From a candidate division WWE3 bacterium UBA1379 (GTDB taxonomy: Bacteria > Patescibacteriota > WWE3 > UBA101185 > UBA10185), in NCBI GenBank assembly GCA_002305475.1, contig DBRB01000019.1:56022-120021 (forward strand): a DNA stretch of 64,000 nt. The letters run 5' to 3'. The notes under the pieces were generated by a model. It worked only from the letters and a program-made list of their open reading frames with translations. It searched no databases and was not told where the DNA came from. The position numbers were made by a program, and so were the translations under genes. This document shows positions 40,945-50,839 of the stretch, piece after piece. The number at the start of each line of letters is the position of its first letter. Positions within the stretch are counted from its first letter, which is position 1.

Positions 40945-42093
40945 TTACCACTCTGTAGATTTGTTTGCTAAATCGATATAAACTGACCTCACTCTTTCCG
41001 TAAGTGGACGTCTTTGTTCTGATGAATTAACCAATACTTCATCTTTTAAAGTTCCTTCTTTATAATCTGTGGCTATCGTTGTTTTAGCTATATGATTTAT
41101 TTCTTCAAAAGTAAAGGGTATTTTTTGAATAATCACTTTATATCCAGCTGATGTTAATATTTCACCAAGTTCAGCTAGACCTTCATTAGAAATATCTTTA
41201 GGGAATCTCAATACTACTAGAGCATCTGTTGATGAAAAAGGAATAAAATCCAGATTATTACGAACTAATTCGTCATCTAACCTATCGTTTAAAGCCCTAA
41301 CAAAATCAAGATGTCCTTCCAGATCAAGCCCTAACAGTTTGGTACCTCGTTGAGTATTATCTTTTGATTCTGGTCCAGTTACATTCTGCAGCCATCTGCT
41401 TCTGAAAATACGGGTCTTGTCACCTTCTTTGTCCGTTGCTTCCCCGTTCAAATTATTTCTTAAACTACGCAAATAATCACCAAACTCCTCAGGAGTATAA
41501 GAAAACATTTCTAATGTACCTATTGGAAAGAAAATATTTTCTTGTTCTCTTGTAATTAGAGCATCAGGATCTACGTAAGGCCTGCCATATGCTTGTTTAA
41601 AACTCTCATCAAACCATTCGAGTGACACGGGCTTAGTTGCCTGAAGAACAACATCACGAGACGATGCATCTTCCTTCTTATCTGTAATCGGTGGAAATAT
41701 GTTTGGATCTACAACATAAACACTTTCAAGATCCTCAATAGTAACTGTATTCGAAACAAAACACGTGGCACATTCATTTAGTTGCAATGCACCAGATAAC
41801 CTTTCACCAAAAAAGCCTCTAAGCTGTGGTTTAATTATTTCAGCTAGTTCTTCCTCTTTCAACATATTTTGAGAACCAGTGAAGGATCTCAAATGTCTCT
41901 CCAATGCTCCTCTTATTCTACCGTATCCACCAAACCGATTATTTCCTCGCCACTCCCAAGTCGGATTAAATGCTTTTTTGACTGCATTTCTCCTTGAAGA
42001 ATCTGACTCTGCAGCAGAAAGTTCACTTTTTAACCCAACTCTATCTATTTTATCATTGGATTCTTCTAAGAGAGGGTTTTCATCTCTACTCAT
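40945..42093 (-). CDS. Hypothetical protein (382 aa)
   Basis: Long ORF co-oriented between rnj and ftsK; no recognised motif. Confidence 0.75.
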   Translation of the reverse strand: MSRDENPLLEESNDKIDRVGLKSELSAAESDSSRRNAVKKAFNPTWEWRGNNRFGGYGRIRGALERHLRSFTGSQNMLKEEELAEIIKPQLRGFFGERLSGALQLNECATCFVSNTVTIEDLESVYVVDPNIFPPITDKKEDASSRDVVLQATKPVSLEWFDESFKQAYGRPYVDPDALITREQENIFFPIGTLEMFSYTPEEFGDYLRSLRNNLNGEATDKEGDKTRIFRSRWLQNVTGPESKDNTQRGTKLLGLDLEGHLDFVRALNDRLDDELVRNNLDFIPFSSTDALVVLRFPKDISNEGLAELGEILTSAGYKVIIQKIPFTFEEINHIAKTTIATDYKEGTLKDEVLVNSSEQRRPLTERVRSVYIDLANKSTEW

Positions 42094-42108
42094 ATATATC
42101 CAGTATAC

Positions 42109-43989
42109 CTACACATCCATACCATGCACAATCACCATCGGATTACGCCCGGTCTCTTTGTATAGAAATCTTCCGACATCTTTTTCTATCTTGCCTTTTA
42201 CTGCACCCCAGTCGTGTTTGAAAACCACATCAGTAGTAATATCACCGTTTACTGCATTAATTTCTACCAAATCACTTCCCTGGTCTTTTTTTTGCTTATC
42301 TTTCTTTCGGTTTTTCTTGCCGCCATTATCCTGATTTATCTGATTCCCATTCATCTTGTCAATAATTCTTCCAATTACATCCTTGGATCTGTTCATCAGT
42401 TCTTTTGATTCACGGACATAAATAAATCCGCGGGTAATTACCTCAATCTTATCTCTCAGTATTACCCCACCTCTCATCGGAACAACCACCACAAAAACCC
42501 CATCCGTAGACAACTGCTCGCGATCTTTTATTACCATCGGGCCGATTCCGGCCACCGAAGAACCATCAATGAGAATCTGCTTTAAAGTCAGACGTTCACC
42601 TCTTTTCGCATGACCGTCCGAAAATTCCACACTTTCTCCCTCCAGAAGTTCAAAGACACTGTTTTTATCAAATCCCAGTTTGGATACCAGATCCCTATAA
42701 GCTCTAGCTTTTGTTACTGTTCCTCCTATCGGAATAAAGTATTTAGGCCGGACAATGGAAGCGATAGTAGTTAAATCACCTTTAGGACCATGACCGGAAA
42801 CATGAAGATTCTCCTGAATCTTACTGTAGATTACTTCAGCTCCTCTTAAGGTCAACTGATCCATCAGTCTTTCCACATCTTCTTCCACACCGGGTGGGTT
42901 AGGATCGGCAGAAAAGACCACTAAACTATCCTGTTCCAATACAATGTTTGAATGTTCCCCTCTTGCTACTCTGTCCAAGGCAGAGCCCTGCTGTCCATAA
43001 CATCCGGCTATAATATAGACCAGATCTTTTTGTAGATAACGCATAGCATCTTCATCAGTAATAAACGCATCGTCAGGAAAAGGGAGATATCCAAGACCTC
43101 TGGCAACCCGTACACTCTGATCTATGGATCTTCCGGATAATGCCACTTTACGCTCCATTTTTAATGCTGCATCCGTAATCTGATATATTCTGGAAATATT
43201 TGAAGATATGGTTGTTACCATAATCTGTCTGTCGCTTGCCTGCTCAAAAAGTTCATGGAAAGTTGAGGAAAGACTTGTTTCCGATTTTGAATACCCATCG
43301 GTTGTTGCTCCCAGACAGTCGGACAATAGACATAAAACACCTTTTTCTCCAAATTCGGCTATTTTTGCCAGATCAATCGGTTTATCCAGAACCGGCGTCC
43401 AGTCTATTTTATAATCCGCCATATGAAGCACCATCCCAACAGGAGTTTTAATTGCCAGTCCCATTGAAGAGGGAACAGAGTGATTGACTCTAAATCCCGA
43501 AACGGTAAATGATCCGACCGTTACTTCTTCACCCTCCGAAGTCAATAAATGAAAACTGATATTCTCTCCAATACCTGAAAACCTTTTTTCTTTCAGACGT
43601 TCACCGATAAACCCCTGTACTAGTTTGTTCCCATAAATGGGTACGTTTACCTGTTTTAGCAGGTAGGGGATTGCTCCTATATGATCTTCATGACCATGTG
43701 TAATAAACAAACCTTTAAAACGGTGGGCATTCTCCACCAGATAGGTCATATCCGGAATCACAACATCCACACCAAGCATTTCTGAATCGGGATATCCGAT
43801 ACCGCAATCTACCGCGATAATATCGTCACCATATTCATATATGGTCATGTTTTTTGTGACACTTTCCGTACCGGAAAGCGTAATTATCTTTAATTTTTTG
43901 TCTTGTTCAGGGTTGTTTAAATTATCAATAGAAAAACTTCCCTGATTGATATTTATATTTTTCATCTTATCTGTGTTAATAAATTTCAT
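42109..43989 (-). CDS. rnj: Ribonuclease J
   Basis: THGHEDHIG, NHSVP, DYKID, HVSGH, TRGF.Y. Confidence 0.95.
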   Translation of the reverse strand: MKFINTDKMKNININQGSFSIDNLNNPEQDKKLKIITLSGTESVTKNMTIYEYGDDIIAVDCGIGYPDSEMLGVDVVIPDMTYLVENAHRFKGLFITHGHEDHIGAIPYLLKQVNVPIYGNKLVQGFIGERLKEKRFSGIGENISFHLLTSEGEEVTVGSFTVSGFRVNHSVPSSMGLAIKTPVGMVLHMADYKIDWTPVLDKPIDLAKIAEFGEKGVLCLLSDCLGATTDGYSKSETSLSSTFHELFEQASDRQIMVTTISSNISRIYQITDAALKMERKVALSGRSIDQSVRVARGLGYLPFPDDAFITDEDAMRYLQKDLVYIIAGCYGQQGSALDRVARGEHSNIVLEQDSLVVFSADPNPPGVEEDVERLMDQLTLRGAEVIYSKIQENLHVSGHGPKGDLTTIASIVRPKYFIPIGGTVTKARAYRDLVSKLGFDKNSVFELLEGESVEFSDGHAKRGERLTLKQILIDGSSVAGIGPMVIKDREQLSTDGVFVVVVPMRGGVILRDKIEVITRGFIYVRESKELMNRSKDVIGRIIDKMNGNQINQDNGGKKNRKKDKQKKDQGSDLVEINAVNGDITTDVVFKHDWGAVKGKIEKDVGRFLYKETGRNPMVIVHGMDV

Positions 43990-44006
43990 AACTTAATATT
44001 TTTGAT

Positions 44007-44648
44007 TTAAAAAAGACCGGTTTGTCCGTCGTCTTTTGGTAATTTATTCATACCTCCCGGCTGCCGGGACTCCGACAGTTTAACCTTTGCTTCCTTTAAC
44101 ATTACAGGAATTTTCAGAAAATCTTCTTGCATAGCCTTGAACATTTCCGGATTTCTGAGAGCGGCGGCAGGGTGGTAAATGGGGTAAACCATATAATCAC
44201 CTAACTTTAACATTCTACCATGATCTCTGGAAATTTTACCATCAGGATAAAAATAGTTCATGGCAAACCGTCCCAGAGTCACTATCAATGCAGGTTTTAT
44301 CAGCTTTAATTGCATAGCCAAATACAATTCACAGGCTGCAATTTCATCTGGTAGTGGGTCGCGGTTTTCCGGAGGACGATGTTTAATAATATTTCCGATC
44401 CAAACATCTTCACGTTTGTAGTCGATTTTTTTCAGCATTGTTTCAAGAAGATTTCCGGCCCTGCCCACAAATGGTCTTCCTGTTTTATCTTCCACAGCAC
44501 CCGGAGCTTCTCCAACAAAAGCCAGATCAGCATCAATATTTCCTTCTCCTGGCACGCCGTGTTTAGCAGTCTTATATAATCGGCATTTCCGACAGTTATG
44601 AACATTTTTTGCTATTTGCTCCATTAACTCTTTTTTATTCCCCGTCAT
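44007..44648 (-). CDS. udg: Uracil-DNA glycosylase, family 4
   Basis: C..C.L, GEAPG..ED..GRPFVG.AG, RPPENR.P, HPAA.L. Confidence 0.93.
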   Translation of the reverse strand: MTGNKKELMEQIAKNVHNCRKCRLYKTAKHGVPGEGNIDADLAFVGEAPGAVEDKTGRPFVGRAGNLLETMLKKIDYKREDVWIGNIIKHRPPENRDPLPDEIAACELYLAMQLKLIKPALIVTLGRFAMNYFYPDGKISRDHGRMLKLGDYMVYPIYHPAAALRNPEMFKAMQEDFLKIPVMLKEAKVKLSESRQPGGMNKLPKDDGQTGLF

Positions 44649-45027
44649 ACAGATGCTTTCCTTTTATCAATAACCCACCTAAGCACGAAATAAAATATGG
44701 CATTGCATAATATCAATAAAATATAAATAAATAAATTTTCAGTATCTACACTCAATAATTCCATAACTAATAACCATGCTACTGAAGCAATAAAACTTGC
44801 AGGTACAACATATATAAAACCTGCGGGAAAAATAATAAGATCATCAATAAAAGCATTCTCAGATTAAACCTGATTATAAATAAAGCTGAGGAGTTATCAT
44901 CTGCTAAAAACTGAACACAAGGAGGATAGTACGATAAAAAATGTAGTGCGTAGGACAGTAAAACCAGCAGTAAATAACCATACAATAAGCGAAATCTCCA
45001 CATCTTTAAGTAGTTTTGTTTTAGCAT
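44645..45027 (-). pseudogene. Frameshifted membrane-protein gene (~127 aa if restored)
   Basis: The 82-aa ORF overlaps an open -1 frame (SENAFIDDLIIFPAGF...RWVIDKRKASV) that ends in an ATGA overlap with udg. Confidence 0.55.
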
Positions 45028-45037
45028 ATTACTGTCT

Positions 45038-46126
45038 CTACTTAGGTAGATAATACTTCAGATTCTCCTGCGTTAAATATACTCCCTGTGATTTTCCGCT
45101 CACAATTTCCAAAGCTACCTTTCTACAGATTGCTTCCAGCGTCCTTCCCAAACTTCTTATACCACTGTCATATCCAAAAGGTCTAACAATTCCCGGCCAT
45201 AGATTAGGATCAATCTGCAGCTCACCTTCCTTCAGTCCGGTCCGTTCATATATTTTAGGGAGTAAATAATCTCTGGCAATCACGATTTTTTCATCATCGG
45301 TATAGGAAGGCATTTTAATCACTTCCATACGATCCATCACCGGTGTAGAGATCGTTCCCGTATTGTTTGCCGAACAGATGAATAATACCTCGGATAGATT
45401 AACCGGAAAATCCACATAATGATCCCGGAATTCCGGGTTCTGGTTAGGATCAAGTATTTCCAAAAGTGTAGCCATAACATCAGCTCTCAAACCGGTTTCC
45501 CCGCTGGCTTTTTCAATTTCATCCAGAAGAATTAAGGGGTTACGCACTTTTGTTTTTATCAGTGCTTTGATAATCTGACCCGGTTCAGCTTCAGGATAAA
45601 CTTTGCTTCTTCCTCTTAATTCCAGGGTAGATCCGATAGCACCGATTGATATACGGACAAATTCCCTACCCAAGGCTTCCGCAACCGACATCGCCAGCGT
45701 AGTTTTACCAATACCCTGAAGTCCTACCAGAAGCAAGATTGGTGTTTTTGCCGTAATATCCCCCCCTCTTTCTTTGATCAACTTAAGAGTAGCCAGATAT
45801 TCAATAATACGATCCTTAACCCACTCCATCCCGAAATGGTTTTTATCCAGTATCTTTTTAGCTTCTTCTAAATCCAAAGTATCTTCAGTACGTGTTACCC
45901 AGGGAATGGAAGTGACAACATCGATATAACGGGCTAAAGTATCAAATTCCTCCGCATAATGCCCGATTTGCGCCATACGGTTTAAACGCTCAAGCATCTG
46001 ATTTAGACGCTCTCTTAAAAGATCAGGCATCCCTTCAGTCTGTTCTACTTTGTCGGATAAACTTTTCAGTTCTTTAAATAAAAAGTCATCTTGTTTTTGA
46101 ATATCAATAGTTTTTGTATCTGTCAT
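45038..46126 (-). CDS. Lon-type AAA+ ATPase module without N-domain or protease domain
   Basis: L...HFGM..VKDRIIEYLA, GLQGIGKT, PGQII, NPLILLDEIEK, LLEILDP.QN..F.DHY, DRMEVI. Confidence 0.88.
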   Translation of the reverse strand: MTDTKTIDIQKQDDFLFKELKSLSDKVEQTEGMPDLLRERLNQMLERLNRMAQIGHYAEEFDTLARYIDVVTSIPWVTRTEDTLDLEEAKKILDKNHFGMEWVKDRIIEYLATLKLIKERGGDITAKTPILLLVGLQGIGKTTLAMSVAEALGREFVRISIGAIGSTLELRGRSKVYPEAEPGQIIKALIKTKVRNPLILLDEIEKASGETGLRADVMATLLEILDPNQNPEFRDHYVDFPVNLSEVLFICSANNTGTISTPVMDRMEVIKMPSYTDDEKIVIARDYLLPKIYERTGLKEGELQIDPNLWPGIVRPFGYDSGIRSLGRTLEAICRKVALEIVSGKSQGVYLTQENLKYYLPK

Positions 46127-46148
46127 ATTTCAAAAGAATTCTGCAAAT

Positions 46149-47099
46149 CTATTGGATAACCAGCTCATTGTATCCCGTACTTAGGATAATTTCGAGATCC
46201 TGTTTAGCTCTGTCTGATCCATATTTCTCAACTATATTAGAAAGATCCTTTTTTATATCATCATTAAAAAACATTATCAGTAAATGCCCTTCCCGAGGTA
46301 GTACCGCTTTAGCTGTTGCATACTTTTGGTTTAAACCAAGATTCGTTTCCTTCTTTTGACCTGCTGATTCTGACTGCTCAATTAATGCATCGTTTGTTGC
46401 CATTAATAATTTATCTTCTATCACCTTATGCTTAAAACTTCCCTCAAATCCTTCCAGCAATTCAATAATTTTCTTATCCACACCATCGGTTTCTTTTAGC
46501 AAAGTTACAGCACCCCATTCCAGATTCCCTTCATTCCTTAAAGCATAGATAACAAACGGGTCATCCAATAATAGATTAAAGAGTTTAAGATAAACTGCTT
46601 CTTCTGTTGTATTCAGGTAAGTATTGGAAAAGTCTTTATAGCTGTGACCCTCAATATAAAGCTCGGCATCTTTAGGCACAAAGTCTAAAAGACTATGCGT
46701 ATTAAAAATTTTGGAAGGCCATGTGTAACCAAACTGCAGAGTATTGGGAACAGCAGCTACATTGTTTTCCATAATAATCCGATTGATTCTCACGGACTGG
46801 CTGTTACTGCGGTAAATGAGAACAATATTGATCAGAACAGATATTCCCGCCACAATAAGAATCAGGCTTCTTTTCAGATCCTGGTTGTCCAGAATAAACC
46901 CCAGATGCTTTTGAATCTGCTGACTGATCATACCTGAAAAAAAGGACTTACCGGATGACTGAGGAATATATCGTGTGATCTGTGTAATCACAGGTTGTCT
47001 TACCAGATTGGCATCAAGAGGATTGGCACAGCTAGCACAAAAGTAGTATTCATTATTACCTAAAATTGATTTGCACTTGGGGCAGACTCTTACAGACAT
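46149..47099 (-). CDS. Hypothetical membrane-anchored protein with N-terminal zinc ribbon
   Basis: CPKC...C..C, single TM, soluble C-terminal part. Confidence 0.7.
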   Translation of the reverse strand: MSVRVCPKCKSILGNNEYYFCASCANPLDANLVRQPVITQITRYIPQSSGKSFFSGMISQQIQKHLGFILDNQDLKRSLILIVAGISVLINIVLIYRSNSQSVRINRIIMENNVAAVPNTLQFGYTWPSKIFNTHSLLDFVPKDAELYIEGHSYKDFSNTYLNTTEEAVYLKLFNLLLDDPFVIYALRNEGNLEWGAVTLLKETDGVDKKIIELLEGFEGSFKHKVIEDKLLMATNDALIEQSESAGQKKETNLGLNQKYATAKAVLPREGHLLIMFFNDDIKKDLSNIVEKYGSDRAKQDLEIILSTGYNELVIQ

Positions 47100-47191
47100 T
47101 AAAAATATGATATCACAATAATCCGTTAACTAAGTAATATTTTTACCGGCAAACTGCTAAATATTAAATTTTGTATTGGTAAAAAACGGGG

Positions 47192-47228
47192 AAAAGAAAC
47201 ACCCCCTCATAATGAGAGGGTGTCTTGT
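47192..47228 (-). terminator. Terminator after pnp
   Basis: acaccc-c-ctca-taa-tgag-a-gggtgt flanked by an A-rich run. Confidence 0.65.
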
Positions 47229-47250
47229 TATTCCTAATAATAAAAAGGGC

Positions 47251-49470
47251 TTAGTACCTTTTTCCCCGATCCCTAAAACCTCTGTTATTTCCCCTTCCAC
47301 CGCGGTTATTTCGTTCTCCTCTTGCGGGTCTTCCGCGATATCCTTCAGCATCAGCATTGCTATTGGAAGCACCGGGTTCCAGAGCTTTCTTGGATAAGCT
47401 AACCTTACCGTCTCGGGTAGTTTCAATCACTTTTACCGTAACGGCATCTCCAACTTTTAATACATCATGAACTGAAGATACGTATGAATTGGAAATTTCA
47501 CTGACATGTAAAAGACCCTGCTTTCCGGGAAGTATTTCCACAAAAGCTCCGAAATCCACTAATTCTTTTACAACACCTTCATAAACGTCTCCGACTTTAA
47601 CATCCTCGACCATTGCATTCACCAGATCAATAGCTTTTTTAGCGTCTTCTTCATTAATAGCTGAAGCGGTTACTGTGCCGTCTTCATCAATTGCCAACTC
47701 TGCTCCGGTTCTTTCCTGAAGCTCTTTAATGGTTCTTCCTCCAGAACCGATAATCAATCCGATCTTTTCCACGGCTATGGTTGTAGTAAATGACTTAGGA
47801 GCATACTGAGATACTTTATTCTTCGGTTCTTTGATGGTTTTTTCCATTTCATCAAGAACATGCATTCTTCCTTCTTTTGACTGTTCCATGATTTTCGGAA
47901 GCAATGCAAAAGGTATACCTTTGGCTTTGATATCTGCCTGAATGGCAGTGACACCATTTCTGGTTCCCGTCATCTTAAAGTCCATAAATCCGAAAGCATC
48001 CTCAAGATATGCCAGGTCAGTCATAATCAGCTGCTTGGACATATCATCATTCACAATCAGACCAACCCCCACACCTGCCACCATTTCTTTGATAGGTACA
48101 CCGGCATCCATTAATGCCAAAGTTGATCCGCAGGTTGCAGCCATGGAGCTGGAACCGCTGCTAGATAATGTCTCTGACATCAGAATGATAGTGTATGGAA
48201 ATTCTCTTTGGGTAGGAATTACCGGTCTTAGTGCTTTTTCAGCAAGCATACCGTGACCTATCTCCCTAGATCCGGGAGCTCCTACTCTTCCGGTTTCACC
48301 GACCGAATACGGAGGAAAGTTGTAGTAGTGAATGTATCTTTTGGTAGTTTCTCCGTACATGTTCTGAATAAACAATTCCAGTGAAGGAGAACCTAAAGTA
48401 GCTACTGTCATCACCTGAGTGACACCTCTGGAGAAGATAGCACTTCCGTGAGTTCTGGGAAGGACACCGATTTCAGTGGTGATAGGTCTGATATCCTTAA
48501 CACCGCGTCCGTCAGGTCTTTTTCCTTCATCCAAAATCATGTGCTGCAATGCATGTTTCTCCACTTCGGAAAAAGCTTTAGCCATATCTGCTTTCTTGTA
48601 TTTACCTTCATATTTGGTAATTATTTCCGTCAACAGATTTTCCTGAGCATCTTTAAGTTTTGTCTTGTCAAACCCCTGGCTTAACATTTCCAGAATCCTG
48701 GGTTTAGCAATTTCTTCCACATCCTTCATTAACTGCAGATCCAGCGTTTTTGAAACATATGCCTGTTTTTTCCCCTCAGGGTTTACTGCCTTGGCAAATT
48801 CATCAATGAAAGATACCAAAGAAGCGCTTTCCCTTCTGGCAAATTCCATGGCACCAAGAATCTTTTCCTCGGGGACAATCTTTGCTTCTGCTTCTACGGC
48901 TAAAAATCTTTGGTCTTCATCCACGAAGGAAATCATCATCTCCAGTTCACTTTTTTCATCCAGATCTTTAAGTGTAGGGTTCAGTTTGTAATCTCCGTCA
49001 AAAAATCCGACTCTTGCTGAAACCATGGGACCTTCCCATGGAATATCAGATGCATGTAAACAAGCTGAGGTTGCAATCATACTTAAAAATTCAGGATCGG
49101 ATGACTCATCTAAAGACAATACGGTAGCAATCACCTGCACTTCATCCCCAAAATCAGAAGGAAAGAGAGGTCTGATTGCATGATCAATCAATCTGCGGGT
49201 AACTACTGCTTCATCAGTAGGCTTACCATCTCTTTTCACAAAACGTGAAGTTTTTATTGACCCACTGGCATAAAGTTTTTCTTCATAAACAACTGTCAGA
49301 GGGAAAAAGTCTGTATCTGCAGCTGCGGGAGCGGTTACTGCTGTTACAAGAACAACTGTATCACCATAAGTAGCCTTAACAGCCATGTTGGCTTGCATAG
49401 CAAGCTTGCCTGTTTCCAAAATCAGAGGTTTACCTCCAAAATTGATTTCTTTTTTAATATATTTATTCAT
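47251..49470 (-). CDS. pnp: Polyribonucleotide nucleotidyltransferase
   Basis: FFPLTV.Y.EK.YA.G, RLIDH.IRPLF, REIGHG.LAE, DFK..GT..G.TA.Q.D.K, KH and S1 domains. Confidence 0.98.
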   Translation of the reverse strand: MNKYIKKEINFGGKPLILETGKLAMQANMAVKATYGDTVVLVTAVTAPAAADTDFFPLTVVYEEKLYASGSIKTSRFVKRDGKPTDEAVVTRRLIDHAIRPLFPSDFGDEVQVIATVLSLDESSDPEFLSMIATSACLHASDIPWEGPMVSARVGFFDGDYKLNPTLKDLDEKSELEMMISFVDEDQRFLAVEAEAKIVPEEKILGAMEFARRESASLVSFIDEFAKAVNPEGKKQAYVSKTLDLQLMKDVEEIAKPRILEMLSQGFDKTKLKDAQENLLTEIITKYEGKYKKADMAKAFSEVEKHALQHMILDEGKRPDGRGVKDIRPITTEIGVLPRTHGSAIFSRGVTQVMTVATLGSPSLELFIQNMYGETTKRYIHYYNFPPYSVGETGRVGAPGSREIGHGMLAEKALRPVIPTQREFPYTIILMSETLSSSGSSSMAATCGSTLALMDAGVPIKEMVAGVGVGLIVNDDMSKQLIMTDLAYLEDAFGFMDFKMTGTRNGVTAIQADIKAKGIPFALLPKIMEQSKEGRMHVLDEMEKTIKEPKNKVSQYAPKSFTTTIAVEKIGLIIGSGGRTIKELQERTGAELAIDEDGTVTASAINEEDAKKAIDLVNAMVEDVKVGDVYEGVVKELVDFGAFVEILPGKQGLLHVSEISNSYVSSVHDVLKVGDAVTVKVIETTRDGKVSLSKKALEPGASNSNADAEGYRGRPARGERNNRGGRGNNRGFRDRGKRY

Positions 49471-49483
49471 TTTTTCCTTTCAC

Positions 49484-49615
49484 GGTAAATCTTGCCTGGG
49501 TACAGGGTTTTATTCTGCCGGCAGACCTGAATGTAAATAAGGGGATTAAGAGATGCAATACTGAGCACGTTATGTTTCCTGCACAATATTTCACACCTTA
49601 ATCCCAAGATTCACC
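49484..49615 (-). promoter_or_regulatory. Long double-stranded pnp 5' leader
   Basis: GGUGAAUCUUG/CAAGAUUUACC closing stem around a long GGGAUUAAG/CUUAAUCCC hairpin. Confidence 0.6.
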
Positions 49616-49646
49616 TTAAATTAACTTTACAACAATACTAAAATAA

Positions 49647-49916
49647 TTACTTAGACAGCTCCAGTTTTTCAACCAAAGCAGTATATCTGTCTTCATCTTT
49701 TGATTTAAGATAGGACAGAAGTCTTCTTCTTTTATTAACCATCTGCAAAAGACCTCTTCTTGAGTGATTGTCTTTCTTATGATTTTTCAGATGATCGGTT
49801 AATCGTGCGATCTGTTCGGACAACAATGCTACCTGGACTTCTGGAGAGCCTGTATCACCTTCGTGAACCCTGCTGGTTCTTATTATTTGTGCTTTTTTAT
49901 CCTTAACTAATGCCAT
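49647..49916 (-). CDS. rpsO: 30S ribosomal protein S15
   Basis: [24 protein letters not shown]. Confidence 0.99.
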   Translation of the reverse strand: MALVKDKKAQIIRTSRVHEGDTGSPEVQVALLSEQIARLTDHLKNHKKDNHSRRGLLQMVNKRRRLLSYLKSKDEDRYTALVEKLELSK

Positions 49917-49985
49917 AATTTTATTCTCCGGACGGAAAAATTAGTGGAGCAGGTTCATTCAAACGTAGCTATATTAGCAAAAAAC

Positions 49986-50660
49986 CTATTTGTGATCAAC
50001 CCTTTTCTCCCTATAAGTCATTCCGGTCAGAAGGGCTTTAGCTGCTTTAGTAGTGGGAACCAATCCCCATTCATATGCATTCTTATATATCACAAGACTC
50101 AAACTCTCGGATGAGGGGTCTATCAAAGCCGCATCTCCATATTTTGTATTTTGCTCGGTATTATCAATATTTATTATCTTGGCAGATCTTATTTCCTGCT
50201 CCAGTTCTCTATAAGTGCTACCCAGATCCTCGGCATCCAGTACACCTATCGTAATAATAAGATCAAAATTAAATCCGCTAACTGTTGCTCTTACTCTATT
50301 ATCAATGTCAAAATCCCTAGAAATAGGACCGACTTTTAAAATCAGAACGTCATTTTCCGTTGAATAATGCACTTTAGCTGCCGGGGTTCCTGCATAATCT
50401 ATCAAAACAAGCAACTCTCTTTCGGTAATATTGGAAACCACATCTTCCTTTGCTATCAGGTCTTCACAGATATCAGGACATTTTCCGGGGTAGATGAACG
50501 ATACTTTCTTCTCTTTGGCGGTCAGCATATGATAAAGACCAACGCCTGCAGAAAAAGCATCCGGTCCGGCAACTTTTGAGGGAATAATGGCAATATGTTT
50601 TGCCCCATCAATCAAGCCGGTGATTTTTTTATCAATGTTAGTATCAAGCAATTCAACCAT
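49986..50660 (-). CDS. Degenerate DHH-family (NrnA-like) domain protein
   Basis: DHH-like layout (I.II......DA..A..GL, IINID) but IDNT replaces DHH; infB-DHH-rpsO-pnp context. Confidence 0.65.
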   Translation of the reverse strand: MVELLDTNIDKKITGLIDGAKHIAIIPSKVAGPDAFSAGVGLYHMLTAKEKKVSFIYPGKCPDICEDLIAKEDVVSNITERELLVLIDYAGTPAAKVHYSTENDVLILKVGPISRDFDIDNRVRATVSGFNFDLIITIGVLDAEDLGSTYRELEQEIRSAKIINIDNTEQNTKYGDAALIDPSSESLSLVIYKNAYEWGLVPTTKAAKALLTGMTYREKRVDHK

Positions 50661-50752
50661 ATTAATTTTTATCGGGCGTTTATTTTTAGCAGAATATTCC
50701 TATGTAACTATAGGATAAGTAAATACCTTTCTTCATTTCTTCAAGACAGGTG

Positions 50753-50781
50753 ATTATATCAAATCAAAACTATAGGGTCAA
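50753..50781 (-). promoter_or_regulatory. Promoter of DHH-rpsO-pnp
   Basis: TTGACC-N17-TATAAT with TGn extension. Confidence 0.75.
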
Positions 50782-50784
50782 TGC

Positions 50785-50792
50785 TTTAATTT
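50785..50792. repeat. Target-site duplication copy 1 (TTTAATTT)
   Basis: Identical 8-mer at 61407-61414 and 63864-63871, each abutting an IR. Confidence 0.9.
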
Positions 50793-50839
50793 GGCGCTTA
50801 TCCCATGACGTCACGTAGATAGTCTGTTATAGTGTTTAT

